A stretch of 64,000 bases of DNA from an uncultured Gemmatimonadales bacterium (GTDB taxonomy: Bacteria > Gemmatimonadota > Gemmatimonadetes > Gemmatimonadales > Gemmatimonadaceae), in NCBI GenBank assembly GCA_963707505.1, contig CAVPQB010000003.1:320001-384000 (forward strand), written 5' to 3'. Under the pieces are notes generated by a model. It was not told the DNA's origin. It ran no database searches and saw only the letters and a list, made by a program, of their open reading frames with translations. Made by a program: the position numbers and the translations under genes. Each line of letters starts with the position of its first letter. The first letter of the stretch is position 1. This document shows, piece by piece, positions 1 through 11,895 of this stretch.

Positions 1-79
1 CATCAACCTCGCAAAGCGCAAGAATCGCGCTACAAGGCGCCATCCGCTCCTCAGGACACCGCGATCGTACCCACATCGT

Positions 80-1945
80 CTAGCTATCCAGGCGATCTGG
101 ATGAGCCGAGGGGTTGACCTCGGCACTATCCGCGCGGTGAGTCTCATTCGCGGCGTCGTCCGGGTTTGTGGGGCCCCGACCGGCATCGACTGCCTTGAGG
201 GCGCGTTGTTGCTCGATTGCGGCAACATCCGGCAAGGCGGTGACGGGAATCCCGCGCGGCAGCGTGAGCGTAAAGACAGATCCCCGATCGACAATACTTT
301 CCGCAGAAATGTCACCGCCCATCGCGCGCGCAAGCTCTCGGCTTATTGCTAGACCCAGGCCGATGCCTCGCTGACTGTACGGAACAGTATCGGTCGCGAG
401 ATGCCTGTCCACCTGCACGAACGGCTCGAAGATACTCTCCAGCTTGTCCGCCGGGATTCCGCGCCCCGTGTCACTGACCGCAATGCTGACGACGTCATCG
501 GCCGCCGTACAGGCGATACCGATTCTGCCACCAGACGGAGTGAACTTCTGCGCGTTCGTAAGCAAGTTCAGCAGTATCTGCTGAACTTTCTCCGCGTCGG
601 CACGCGTCGCAATTTCGGGTTCGCACCGTTCGTACACGACGCGAATTCCCTTCGCATGCATCTGTGGCGAGACGAGCGCCTCCACCCCGCCGACGAGATC
701 GAGCAGGGAGGTGTCGGCAAAGCGGAAGTCCACCTTCCCTGCTTCCAGCTTCGCGAAGTTCAGAATGTCGTTGATCAGTGCGAGAAGATGACGGCCGCTC
801 TTCTTGATCCGAGCGAGATCGTCGAGCTGCTCCGGCGTCACTGCGCCGCGAATGCCGAGCTCCATCAGATCGACGTAGCCGCCGATTGCATTCAGTGGAG
901 TTCGGAGCTCATGCGACATGGTCGCGAGAAATTCGGCCTTGGCTCGGTTGGCGGACTCCGCGACCAGCTGCGCCTGCTCCGCTGCGACCCGCGCCCGCTC
1001 GGACTCACTGGTGCGCCCTTCCAATTCTTCGGTTATGACGTGAAGCTCTTCCGTCTGACTCTCAAGCTCCGTTGCCTGCTCGTGCAATTGTTCGTTCTGC
1101 GCCTCGAGCTCGATCGTCTGCTCGTGCAGGTGTTGTTGCTGCAGCTCCAGCTCGGATGCCTGTTCCTGAAGCTGCTGATTCTGCAGCTCCAGCTCGAACC
1201 TCTGCGATTCCAGCTGCGTGTTCTGCAAAGCGAGCCCGCGAGCGGCGGCGGTTTGTGACTCGGCATACCGAGTCAGCAAAGCGTTGAGAATTATGGCGAA
1301 GAGTACGGCCACGAGCGTGCCGCCGATCAGGATCACCGTTACGATCTCGGCGTGGTGCTCCTCTGCCGCTGACCGCGTTGCCAGAAGGGATCGCTCGGTA
1401 GACTCCATCGTCGTCACGTGCGCGCGAATGGAATCCATGATCTGCTTGCCGCGGCCCGTACGCAGCCTGGCAACCGCCGCCGCCAATCCCTGGGTTCGTC
1501 GCAGATCGATGGAGTAATTCAGTTCCGCGAGTCGCGCGGTTACGAGAGGAGCAAGCTCGTCAAGACGACGCTGCTGCACCGGGTTGTCACCGGTCAAGAG
1601 TCGCAACGCACTCGTGTCGGCCGCGAGCGCGGTGAGTGCATTGGTGTACGGCTCCAGATACGCCTCGTCCCCGGTCAGGATGAATCCGCGCTGGCCGGTT
1701 TCGGCGTCCTTGAGATCCGAGAGGGTCGCGCGCGTGCGATCGATCGTCAGGTGAGTGTGCTCCACCCACGCTCCGGCGTCGCGCGCCCGCACGATCCCGC
1801 TGTAGGTAACCACGCCAATTACGAGGACCACGATAGCCACACCGCTGGACGCGACTACCCGCTGCCACGGCGACATCGGCTTTGCGAACGGTTTTTCCGA
1901 CGGAAACCTTGCAGGGCTGTCAACCGTTGGCGTGGTCGGATTCAT
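80..1945 (-). CDS. Membrane sensor histidine kinase (CHASE3 + long coiled coil + HisKA + HATPase)
   Basis: Two TM helices around CHASE3 (DAETGQRGFILTGDEAYLEPY); H-box [11 protein letters not shown]-box NLLTNAQKFT; G-boxes DTGRGI, GIGLGLAIS. Confidence 0.93.
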   Translation of the reverse strand: MNPTTPTVDSPARFPSEKPFAKPMSPWQRVVASSGVAIVVLVIGVVTYSGIVRARDAGAWVEHTHLTIDRTRATLSDLKDAETGQRGFILTGDEAYLEPYTNALTALAADTSALRLLTGDNPVQQRRLDELAPLVTARLAELNYSIDLRRTQGLAAAVARLRTGRGKQIMDSIRAHVTTMESTERSLLATRSAAEEHHAEIVTVILIGGTLVAVLFAIILNALLTRYAESQTAAARGLALQNTQLESQRFELELQNQQLQEQASELELQQQHLHEQTIELEAQNEQLHEQATELESQTEELHVITEELEGRTSESERARVAAEQAQLVAESANRAKAEFLATMSHELRTPLNAIGGYVDLMELGIRGAVTPEQLDDLARIKKSGRHLLALINDILNFAKLEAGKVDFRFADTSLLDLVGGVEALVSPQMHAKGIRVVYERCEPEIATRADAEKVQQILLNLLTNAQKFTPSGGRIGIACTAADDVVSIAVSDTGRGIPADKLESIFEPFVQVDRHLATDTVPYSQRGIGLGLAISRELARAMGGDISAESIVDRGSVFTLTLPRGIPVTALPDVAAIEQQRALKAVDAGRGPTNPDDAANETHRADSAEVNPSAHPDRLDS

Positions 1946-2204
1946 TCTGAATCAAAATGTATCGGATACGTGACCGCGGTGCAGACCTGTGGGGCGCTCG
2001 GAACGGGGTCGCGATCCAGCCGGTGAAGGGGTTGGGGACCTACCGGCGGCACGTAGAATTGCCGTGTTTCCATTGTAGTAAACCGAACACTACGCCGACA
2101 AATACGCGGCCCATCGCTGGCACCTTGGTCTGGTCACGAGCCAGAGTCGGTTGTCGAGACGTGGAGCTCTCCCGCACACGTCTCGACAAACGATGCTGCT
2201 TACC

Positions 2205-4719
2205 TCAGCCGCACTCCGAAAATCCACACACGTGACACTTCGCGCATCCTTCGGCGAGCTCCAACTGCGAGCCGCAATCAGGACACGTCTGCATGAAGCC
2301 GTCGCTGTTGCTGTACGTATCGAAGCCCATCTGCATCTGAGCCTGCGCCGCTGCAACGTCTGACGCGGCCTTGATGGTTTCCGGCGTCGCGCGCGGCGCC
2401 TGTGCAGCGGCGTTCGCGGCGGAGAGCAGCTCCTGCTGCACGCCCTGCTTCTCGCGCATCCACTCCTCGAGCGCGATTCCGATCGCGTCCGGCACCGAGA
2501 GCACCTTGTTCGGTCCGAGTCCAACGGCACGATCCGAGCTGATGCCGCGCAGCTGGCGGTGCACTTCACGAGTCGGAATTCCCGAGCGCAGCGCGAGCGA
2601 GATCAGGCGTCCCATCGCTTCGGCATCGGCCATCGCCGCGCCGCCCGCCTTGCCGAGGTTGATGAACACCTCGAACGGCTGGCCGCGATCGTCCTCGGTG
2701 ATGTTGACGAACATCGTGCCGAGCGGCGTCTCCTTGCGAATCGTGGTGCCGCGCAGCGTGTCCGGGCGCGAGCGCTTGGCGCGGCGCTGAAGATTCTCCG
2801 CCTCCGCATCGTACAGCGCCTGCTTCAGCCGCTCGATCTCCGCCTCAGCTCGGCGATCGTGCCGTGCAGCTCGCCCATCTCGCGCTCGATCGCGTCTGCC
2901 TCGCCATCGCGCTCGGCGCTGGCCTGCTCCGTTGCGCCGGTGGAGAGCACCTGGTTGTCGCGCGAGCCATCGCGGTACACGGTGACGCCCTTGCACTTGA
3001 GCTCGTACGCGAGCTCGTAGATCGCGCGCACGTCGTCCCGCGTCGCGGCGTGCGGGAAGTTCGTCGTCTTGGAGATCGCCGAGTCGCAGTGCTCCTGGAA
3101 GGCGGCCTGCATGCGGACGTGCCACTCGGGCGTGATGTCGTGCGCGGTGACGAACACGCGCTGCCACTTGCTCCGGCACTTCGTCGAAGTGGATGTGCCC
3201 TTCCTTCGCGATCTTCTCGATCAGCTCGTCGCAGTACCAGCCTTCCCGCTTCGCGATCGCGACGAAGTCCTCGTTCACGTCCGGCATCATGCACGCCGGC
3301 CTGGTTGCGCATGAACGCAACGGCGAAGAGCGGCTCGATGCCCGACGAGCAGCCCGCGATGATCGAGATCGTGCCCGTCGGCGCGACCGTGGTGACGTTG
3401 CAGTTGCGCAGCATCTGCATTGGGCCGAATGCGCTTGCCATTCGCATCGCGCGCGCACGTCTCGTCGGGACCCCAGATCGAGCGCGCCCATTCGGGGAAC
3501 GGACCGCGCTCGTTGGCGAGCCGCTCGCTCTCGCGCTTCGACTCGACGTCGACGAACTCCTGCAGCTGTGCGGCCGAACTCCACGCCTTCGGGCGAGTCG
3601 TAGGCAATGCCGAGGCGCACGAGCGCGTCGGCGAAGCCCATGACGCCGAATCCGATGCGGCGGATGCGCTTGGACAGCGCGTCGATCTCCGGCAGCGGAT
3701 ACTTGTTGACGTCGATGATGTTGTCGAGGAAGTGCGTCGACGAGGTGGATGTCGCGCTTGAGCGCATCCCAGTCCATCGCCCGTCCTTCACGTAGTAGCC
3801 GACGTTGATCGAGCCGAGGTTGCAGACGTCGTACGGCAGCAGCGGCTGCTCGCCGCACGGATTCGTCGCCTCGTACGCGCCGAGGTGCGGCACCGGATTG
3901 TAGCGGTTCGCCTCGTCGATGAAGAAGCAGCCCGGCTCGCCCGTGCGCCACGCGCCGTCGATCATCTTGTCCCACACCATCTGCGCGTCGAGCTGGCCGG
4001 TGACCTTGCCGGTGCGAAGGCTCGATGAGATCGTACGTCTCGCCCGCCTTGAGCGCCGCCATGAACTCGTCGGTGATGGCAACGGAGATGTTGAAGTTCG
4101 TGATCTGGGTGAGGTCTTCCTTGCAGGTGATGAAGTCCAGGATGTCCGGATGATCGACGCGCAGGATGCCCATGTTGGCGCCGCGACGCGTGCCGCCCTG
4201 CTTCACCGCGTCGGTCGACGCATCGTAGAGCTTCATGAACGAGACGGGACCCGACGCGACGCCGGTCGTCGAGCGGACCATCGAGCCCTTGCCGCGCAGA
4301 CGCGAGAAGGAGAAGCCCGTGCCGCCGCCCGACTGGTGAATGAGCGCCATCGAGCGCAGCGTGTCGTAGATGCCGTTGTGACCGTTGGAGAGCGAATCCT
4401 CGACCGGCAGCACGAAGCAGGCGGAGAGCTGGCCGAGCGGACGGCCTGCGTTCATGAGCGTCGGCGAGTTGGGCTCGAAGCGACGCTCCGTCATCAGACG
4501 GTAGAACTGCTCCGCCAGCGCATGGACCGCCCCGTCGCTCGCGCCGTACCGGCGGTCTGCTTCCGCGACCGTCGTCGCCACACGCCAGAACATGTCCTCC
4601 GGCTGCTCCGTCGGTGTGCCCGTCTCGTCCTTGATCAGATAGCGCTTGGCCAGGACGGTCCGAGCGTTCTGATTCAGCTGCGCATCGGGCAGCGACTCCT
4701 GATTATTCGCGTCGGCCAT
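2205..4719 (-). CDS. nrdJ: Vitamin B12-dependent (class II) ribonucleotide reductase with C-terminal TSCPD domain and Zn ribbon; several indels
   Basis: [73 protein letters not shown] spread over frames; C-terminal [14 protein letters not shown]. Confidence 0.93.
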
Positions 4720-5173
4720 CTCTACTCTCTCTGAAACTGTGCTGATTGGTTCGCCAGGCGGAATGTACCACCAAACGTGACTTCATAAGCTGCCATGAGG
4801 AGACCATCCGGCGCGGTGTATTTGCGCCATCAGGTCAGGGGTCGTGATACTACGTCAGTACGTGTTTGCGCGCCAGTGCATTGTTAAGCCATTGCGGCGC
4901 AACGAGTTGGCGATTGATAGTCACGAACATCTGTGACTGTTCGTTTTTCCTCATCGCCCGTCAACATCGAGGCTTCCGTCGAATAATTGTGATAACATGC
5001 TGATACCCCACTGCTAACGTATTGGTGCACAATGAGTTAACTAAATTTGACTCGCTCGGAGAATTCTTTTGTGATGCGACGGCAATGCTCCGCCATCCGC
5101 CGACCTTCGTCGTGTTGCTTGGAAACACGCGATTGCAGAGCGCGTGCCCTACGCGACTATTTGTCCGAAATGA

Positions 5174-8100
5174 TCAGAAGGCCAGGCCGAGGGTAACGTA
5201 GGCGCTCAAAGTGGATGCGCCGGCGTATGCAGCTCCGCTCACAGGGTGTGCAAGCCCAAACCTGAACCGGTAGGGGACGTCGAACTGCAGTGCCGAATCC
5301 AGATTCAGCTCCGCTCCCACCGACCCGAGGGTTGGTCCGCCATTGGCCGATGGTGAGCACGCAGGCGTCGCTCCGGATGGGCACGACGCGCGCGCTGCGT
5401 CGCCGAAAAAGGCCAGCGATGCGCGGTCCAGGAAGAACGGAAACAGTCCCAGCGAGCGCGAAGGCGCAACCAGCGGCAACCGGTACTCCGCGCTGAACGA
5501 GGATGCGTCGATTCCGGTCTCGCTGCCGGCGGGAAAACCTCGCGCCGGAAACGTGCGCGTGCTGCTGCCGAATGTTATTCCCGGCACGATCTCGAACGAC
5601 TCGCCACTTACACCACCGGCCGAATACACGCTCGGCGATCTGCGATCGGCAGCGCCCACGGCTGCGCGTATCGCGATCACGTGATGCGCGAAGCCCGGCA
5701 GATCCAGAGACTTGTATGCGGCGCCTACCGCGACCGCGCTGCGGCCTGCCACGCCCGTCGATGACTCCCAACGCTGCCGCACCGAGCCGGAGAACGTCAC
5801 ACCATCCTCGGGCGAGATGCTCAATGTCGGCGACTGCGTGTTGGAGAACACGGCGCCAGCGACGAGCGAGGGATAGTTGTGCGTCGTCGAGAAAAATGAG
5901 TCCAGCCTGGGCAACAAGTCAGCCGGGCTGGATGCGTACTGATCGCTCTCGAGCTCGGCGCCCACCGTAATTGCGGAGTACGTTCGCACGCGCGGACGTG
6001 AGAAGGTCGCATGCATGCTGACGAAACGACTGCGCTCGCCGAGGTCACCGACCTTATGGCCGCCGCCAGTGATGTTTGCGTATGTCCAGGATTGCTCCAG
6101 CGACAGCGCGAGTCCCGGGTTGGTCCATCGGTTGTAGGCGTAATCGAGGGACGCATCGACGTTGCTGTTGTGCGTATTGATCGACACCTGCGCTACGTAT
6201 GAGTGACGTCCGATCACGTCCGACGCGCCGGTCAGCGCACCGATCAGCGCGCCGCGGCCGTCGCCCACCTGCGCAAACGTCGGCGACCAGTACGCCGGCG
6301 CGAGTGTGCGCCACGGTGAATAGGATCGCGCGCGGCTGGTATCGTCAGTCACGCGCCAACGCGGGTCGGTTGATGACTTCACGTCAGGATTAACTTCCGC
6401 CTTCACTTCCGCGCTTCGACTTCCGGAGCGGACGAACCGTCATAACTGGCAGTCGTGCCGAGCCGGAGCAGATCGGAGTTGCTGACGGTCCACACCAGAA
6501 TGTGATATCCGTCGCCGCGCAGCGCGGTGGTCGCAATGCGCACCGAATCTGCACCTGCACTCACAACGTCCACGCCATATACACCGCCGGGCTCCGCGGT
6601 GAGACGCTGCGGTGTCGTTTTCGCAAATTCGCTGTAGGCTGGCGCGATCGCCAGTTGCGACGCGCCGCCAAGATCGGAAGTGAAGAGGATGGAGCGTCCG
6701 TTGCTCGTCCACGCCGGCGAGCGGAGCACTGCGCGCTCGCGCACCGGAGTGTGGAGGACGCGACCGGCGCTATCCATGACTACTATCTCGTTCGGCGCTC
6801 CCATGATTCGCACCGCGACGATGTGCGTTCCGTCGGGCGACCAGCGCGGCGCGGCCCACTGCGTGTCGAGCGACGCGGTTGTGATGGGAGTGATGTTCAT
6901 TCCGTCGCGTGACACTCGCACGAGGCGTGTTGCACCGGGCACGGTCTGCACCGCAACGATCTCGCCATCGGCCCGCACACTCGGCGCGCTCAGGCGTTTG
7001 CCGTGAGTGAGTCGCGTCTCCACGCCGCCGCGCGCTGCATACAGATCTCCGCGGATGTGATAGCGGTCGATGTAATCATCCTGCGAGAATACTGTGAGCC
7101 CGTGGTGCGACGGATCGTTGACGTCCAGTGAATTGCGCCGAGATTGGCGGACTGGTGCTTCACCCAGGTGCGCCCGATACAGGCCTGGCGTTTCGCGGCC
7201 GTCGTTTGCGGCGAACACGAGCGCCGAATCACCGACCCAGCGTGGCTCGACGATGTAGCGCCCGCCATTCGGTATCACGACGGCGCGCGATGACGCGAAT
7301 GCCGCCGGAGTCGTTGCGGATTGCGTACGCAGCGCTGCTGAATCGTCGACCGCGCTCAGAACGGAGTCACGCCACTGGTTCCAGGAATGCGTGAAGGTCT
7401 CGCCGAATGTCCGCTTCGCTTCACGATCGAGAAAAAAAGGAATCGTCGTCTCGCTCGAACGCTCGACGAAGGCAGGGATCGCGGATGCGCCGTGCTCACG
7501 GGCGATGTCATCCCACACGAACGATCCGTAAACGTACACCGACTGCCCGTACGGAAAGCGCGACGTTGCAAGCGACAGCTCGCCCAGCGATGGCGCAACG
7601 TGATCGATCGCCGCCGATCGCACGACGGCGCTCTCGAAGCTTCCGTGTAAACGGCCGCCACTCGTAAACCGCGATTCGTAATAGACAGCGAGCCCTTCAG
7701 TCAGCCATGCAGGAGTGTAATAATTCGGAAAGAGGACGGGATTGCGTCCAAACACGGACTGAGCGGCGCGCCACCAACCGCGGCTGCGATCGAGATGGAA
7801 GATGTGCGTCAGCTCGTGCTGCAACACGAGCACTGTCCAGTCGTCGTAGCTCTCCAGCGACGGGTCGTCGACGGGTGGACGCGCGTAGATGATCACGCGA
7901 GGACGCGGGACCACGGTGGCCGATCCGTTGGACGCGTCGGTCCCATCGCTCACGACGATGTCAACGGGACCGCGTGGCGTGACGAGCTCCGTTGCCAGAT
8001 TCGCATACGCTCGCTCGGCGACCGCTGCAGCGTGGCGCGCTTCGGCTTCGAGCGGAGCCGTGAAGTGAACTCTGAAGTGCGGTGTCTCGATCGTCCGCCA

Positions 8101-8211
8101 CCGCTCGTTCGCCGGCAGCTGCGCAGAAAGCCGGCTTACCGCAAATACAGAAACAATCAGTCCTGCGATTACGCGGACGACAGTTTTTCGCCATCCAGCG
8201 ATGAAGGACAT
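5174..8211 (-). CDS. Outer-membrane protein: signal peptide, zinc-peptidase-like domain (HELTH), TolB/PD40 beta-propeller, Omp85/BamA-like C-terminal barrel; one frameshift near 6405
   Basis: WRTIETPHFRVHF, HELTH..WLTEGLAVY, PRWSPDG repeats; second ORF has RGF motif and ends YVTLGLAF; frames rejoin with one base at ~6410. Confidence 0.8.
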
Positions 8212-8212
8212 T

Positions 8213-9844
8213 CTAGCGTTCGAAGGTTGCGAAAAACTTCTCCAATCCCCCGACGACGCCACGTGCGTAGGCTTCCTGGTACTCCGGCGTTTTTATCGCT
8301 GATTCCTGATCGGGCATGATGATGAACAGTCCCTCTGCGAGTACGGCGGGAAACCACGTCGGACGACACACCGCAAGGTTCTGATAAAAAATGCCCCTGT
8401 CGTGCAGCCCCAGCTCGGGTACCAGCGAATCCTGAACCGAGCGCGCGAGCAATCGGGAATGCGGATGAAAGTAATACGTCCCCGTGCCATTGTCGCGGAA
8501 CGGATTCTGACCATCCCCGTCGGCATTGAGGTGAATGGAGACTAACGCGTTGGCATTCGCCCGTCGCGCGAAGATCGGACGATCGCCAAGTGCTACGGGA
8601 CCGGCGCCAGTCCGGGTCATGACGACGTGCGCACCACGCTCTTCCAGCAGATCGCGTACGCGCAGACCGACCGCCAGAGTTGGTACCGGCTCCCAGAGCC
8701 CGGTGGGTCCCGTCGCACCGATCGGCGGATGGCCGGGGTCAACGACGATCGTCATTCCGCGCAGAGGCTCCGATGGATCGACGACCGGCGGCCGTCTGAT
8801 GCTGAACTTGAGAATGCCCTTCTCGTACAGCGCCTCGTATCCGTAAACCGGACGCGTGAGCGCGAAGTGGTATACTGTGCGCGTCCGCTCGACCGACTGC
8901 GTGGCGCTGGCTATGAGCGAATCCGGAACCTGACTCAGGCTCGCTGATGCAGTGGTATTGTAGAGTGTAAGAGTAAGTCCGCCTTCGTCCTCGGCGACCA
9001 CATACGCCGGAGGTGACGCGACACGCAGCTCCAGGTCCACGCTCGCGATTCCGGTTGTAAGCGCTGCGTGCGTCACGCGCAGCTGCGTCGCCGACGTGGA
9101 TCCACTGCGCGGCTTGACGTCACGTCGCTGTACCCAGATATCCTGTCGCGTGTCCAGCTGCACCCGCGCCATGTCGTCGCGATATTCGAGAACGCGCACG
9201 ATGGTTCCAGGGAACAGGAACCACTTGTAGTCACCCGTCGGTGTCGGGCGTCCGATGATGACGTTGTCGGTGTCACTCACCGTTCTGTCCAGCGAGTCGT
9301 CGCGCAGCGCGGCGACGATTGGAGGCGCAAGCTCGGTGATCTCCGGAGCGACGGGAGGTCGCGGGCCGATACCCTCTCGCGTGCGCGCCGGAAAACGGAG
9401 ACGGACGGTGTCGCGGAGCGTGTAGGCTTCGAGGTCGTACCACTGCGAATCGGCAGGCGGATTCGGAACCCAACCGAGAAAAGCACCGTTTGGCCAGACC
9501 GGAACCAGGTTGCCGTTGATGGTCAGCCCTGCGTTGCCGTTCCCCACAGAGCCGAATACGAAATTCGAATCGCGGGACCCGATGACCGCATTCCGCGGCG
9601 GATACACGACCTTGATCGCGAGCGGGCCGTCGACGTCGGGCACCGGCGGGAGCTTGGGATTGGGAGCGGGCAGTGGCGCTCTGGCGACCGTCGCAGCGGC
9701 GGGCGCGCCGTGGCGTGCTGGCGGCGACGGAACCGGCGTGGGTCCCGGAGATGGCGGCGACTTGGCGCACGCCAGCCCCAAGGCCGCTGCGGCCAGCGCC
9801 GCCCCGGGGAAAAAACGTCCTGGTGTAGCGTGACAGCGGGGCAT
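8213..9844 (-). CDS. N-acetylmuramoyl-L-alanine amidase (Amidase_3), probable lipoprotein
   Basis: IVVDPGH, VVMTRT, L.DR...A, LVSIHLNA, PAVLAEG motifs; LGLAC lipobox. Confidence 0.88.
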   Translation of the reverse strand: MPRCHATPGRFFPGAALAAAALGLACAKSPPSPGPTPVPSPPARHGAPAAATVARAPLPAPNPKLPPVPDVDGPLAIKVVYPPRNAVIGSRDSNFVFGSVGNGNAGLTINGNLVPVWPNGAFLGWVPNPPADSQWYDLEAYTLRDTVRLRFPARTREGIGPRPPVAPEITELAPPIVAALRDDSLDRTVSDTDNVIIGRPTPTGDYKWFLFPGTIVRVLEYRDDMARVQLDTRQDIWVQRRDVKPRSGSTSATQLRVTHAALTTGIASVDLELRVASPPAYVVAEDEGGLTLTLYNTTASASLSQVPDSLIASATQSVERTRTVYHFALTRPVYGYEALYEKGILKFSIRRPPVVDPSEPLRGMTIVVDPGHPPIGATGPTGLWEPVPTLAVGLRVRDLLEERGAHVVMTRTGAGPVALGDRPIFARRANANALVSIHLNADGDGQNPFRDNGTGTYYFHPHSRLLARSVQDSLVPELGLHDRGIFYQNLAVCRPTWFPAVLAEGLFIIMPDQESAIKTPEYQEAYARGVVGGLEKFFATFER

Positions 9845-9902
9845 GTGACAAAGGTAGTGGGACAGACAGTGACGGTCAGCATCCGTGGGTGTATTCTTCC
9901 CC

Positions 9903-10832
9903 ATGCCTGTTCGTGAAATTCCTGATCCACCGGAGACGCCGCGCGGCCTCGTTGTCGTAGCGGGCGGCCGCACCGACGTCGGACGGGTTCGGAACCTCAA
10001 CGAAGATTCCTATCTCGTCGCCGCACTGGGACGGGATGCAGTAGTAATGAAAGGGGCGACCACGACGCTGACCGTTCCTCACACGCCAGCGCTGTTGGTG
10101 GTAGCGGACGGCGTCGGCGGCGCCGCGTCCGGCGAGATCGCCAGTCTGATGGCGACCGACACGATGTTCATCGAGCTGCGCCGCAGATACGAGTCGGAGT
10201 GGCCTCGCACGGCGGCGGGCGTCGAGTCCGCGCTGCGCGCCGCGATATCTGCGGCCAACCATGTGATCTTCACATACTCGTCTGGCAACCCGCAACATCG
10301 CGGCATGGCCACCACTGCGACGCTTGCGGTGGTACACCAATCAATCATCACGATCGCGCAGGTCGGTGACAGTCGCGCATATCTGGTTCGCGGCGGCGAG
10401 GCACGGCAGATCACCAAGGATCAATCACTGATTCAGCGGCTGATCGATGCCGGTGAGATGACCGAAGGCGAAGCCGCGCACAGCGACCGCCGCAACATAA
10501 TCCTGCAGGCGCTGGGCTCGGAGGCGAGTGTCCTGCCCGACGTGTATCGCGAGCAGGCGGAGGTTGGCGACGTGCTGGTGTTATGCAGCGACGGCCTGTC
10601 CAATCTTGTCGGCGCAAATGACATAGCGCGCATCGCGCTCGCCGACGACAACATGGAGACAGTGTGCGAGCGACTGGTATCGTGCGCCAATTCGCGCGGC
10701 GGTCATGACAACATTACTGTCGTAGCCGCTCGCTTCGAGCCCGCCGATCCCAACGAGCCACCACCGCCGCCAACTACGCGGGAGTCAACTTCCCCAGGAC
10801 TCTCGGACCGCGTGCGCCGGTGGCTCCGATGA
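9903..10832 (+). CDS. PP2C/Stp1-family Ser/Thr protein phosphatase
   Basis: TDVGRVRNLNEDS, VADGVGG, QVGDSRAY, LCSDGL, GGHDNIT. Confidence 0.93.
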   Translation: MPVREIPDPPETPRGLVVVAGGRTDVGRVRNLNEDSYLVAALGRDAVVMKGATTTLTVPHTPALLVVADGVGGAASGEIASLMATDTMFIELRRRYESEWPRTAAGVESALRAAISAANHVIFTYSSGNPQHRGMATTATLAVVHQSIITIAQVGDSRAYLVRGGEARQITKDQSLIQRLIDAGEMTEGEAAHSDRRNIILQALGSEASVLPDVYREQAEVGDVLVLCSDGLSNLVGANDIARIALADDNMETVCERLVSCANSRGGHDNITVVAARFEPADPNEPPPPPTTRESTSPGLSDRVRRWLR

Positions 10833-11895
10833 CGTTACCGGGCAGGTGGGCGAGATGCAGGTATCCGAGCAGCGCGAACGCCACAGCCTCCTTGGCCTCG
10901 CCATCGTAATACAGATCATCGAACGATGTAACGCGCGCGGGCTGCATAGCGCGCCGCAGCGCATCCATCAATGAGTCGTTTCGAGCACCGCCGCCGGACA
11001 CGACCATCTCTCCAGACTGTTCCTGAACGTGACGACGTACGGCATCCGCGATTGATTCGGCAGTGAGTGCGACAGCAGTTGCAACTACATCGGCATCGGG
11101 ACCGTTCACCATCGATTGCATGCGGTCAGCGAACGATGCGCCGAAGTATTCGCGGCCGGTCGACTTGGGCGGCGGCTGCGTGAAGTACGGATCGCGCAGG
11201 AGCGTCGCGATTACATCGACGTGTGCGTTTCCGGATCGTGCGATCGCGCCGCCCTGGTCGAAGCGAACGCCGGGATACAACTTGCGCACGAGGTGATCGA
11301 TCAACACGACACCGGGCCCCGTGTCGAATGCGCGAACGTCCGCAACGTCTCCGCCCGGTGGAACAACGGTCACGTTCCCGATGCCACCGATGTTCTGGAG
11401 CAGGCGCCAGTCGGTACTGCTCGAGTAGAGCAACGCATCGGCAATCGGAACGAGCGGTGCTCCCTCGCCGCCTGCTGCAACGTCGCGAACACGAAAATCG
11501 GATACGACGTCGATGCCGGTGCGCTCCGCAATCACCGCGGATTCACCGATCTGCCACGTAGCGCGGCGCGGCGAATGCCAGATCGTCTGGCCATGCGAGG
11601 CGATCGCACGAACTTCACGCGTGTCGATGTGAGCACTCTCGATGACGCAAATCGCCGCGGCAGCCAGCCACTCTCCCAGATCGAATGACAGTGCGCAATA
11701 TTCCGCAGCGGTTCCGCGATTCATCGCCGACGCGAGTCTCTCCCGCTGTTCCGCGCTATACGCGCTGCCGCTGAACGCCAACAGCTCGTGCTCGATTCCG
11801 GCGCCGGAACTCGTGAAGCGCACGACTGCCGCGGAGATTCCGTCGAGCGACGTGCCGGACATCAGGCCAACGTAAACTCCGTCCGTCTTACTCAT
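10774..11895 (-). CDS. anmK: Anhydro-N-acetylmuramic acid kinase
   Basis: GLMSGTSLDG, SHGQT, GGEGAPLVP, NIGGIGN, FDTGPG, PPKSTGRE, EAVAFA. Confidence 0.95.
   Translation of the reverse strand: MSKTDGVYVGLMSGTSLDGISAAVVRFTSSGAGIEHELLAFSGSAYSAEQRERLASAMNRGTAAEYCALSFDLGEWLAAAAICVIESAHIDTREVRAIASHGQTIWHSPRRATWQIGESAVIAERTGIDVVSDFRVRDVAAGGEGAPLVPIADALLYSSSTDWRLLQNIGGIGNVTVVPPGGDVADVRAFDTGPGVVLIDHLVRKLYPGVRFDQGGAIARSGNAHVDVIATLLRDPYFTQPPPKSTGREYFGASFADRMQSMVNGPDADVVATAVALTAESIADAVRRHVQEQSGEMVVSGGGARNDSLMDALRRAMQPARVTSFDDLYYDGEAKEAVAFALLGYLHLAHLPGNVIGATGARGPRVLGKLTPA

Noticed and set aside
4720..5173. Cobalamin riboswitch or NrdR boxes upstream of nrdJ
   Set aside because: No B12-box or good NrdR consensus recognised by eye; needs Infernal/matrix scan
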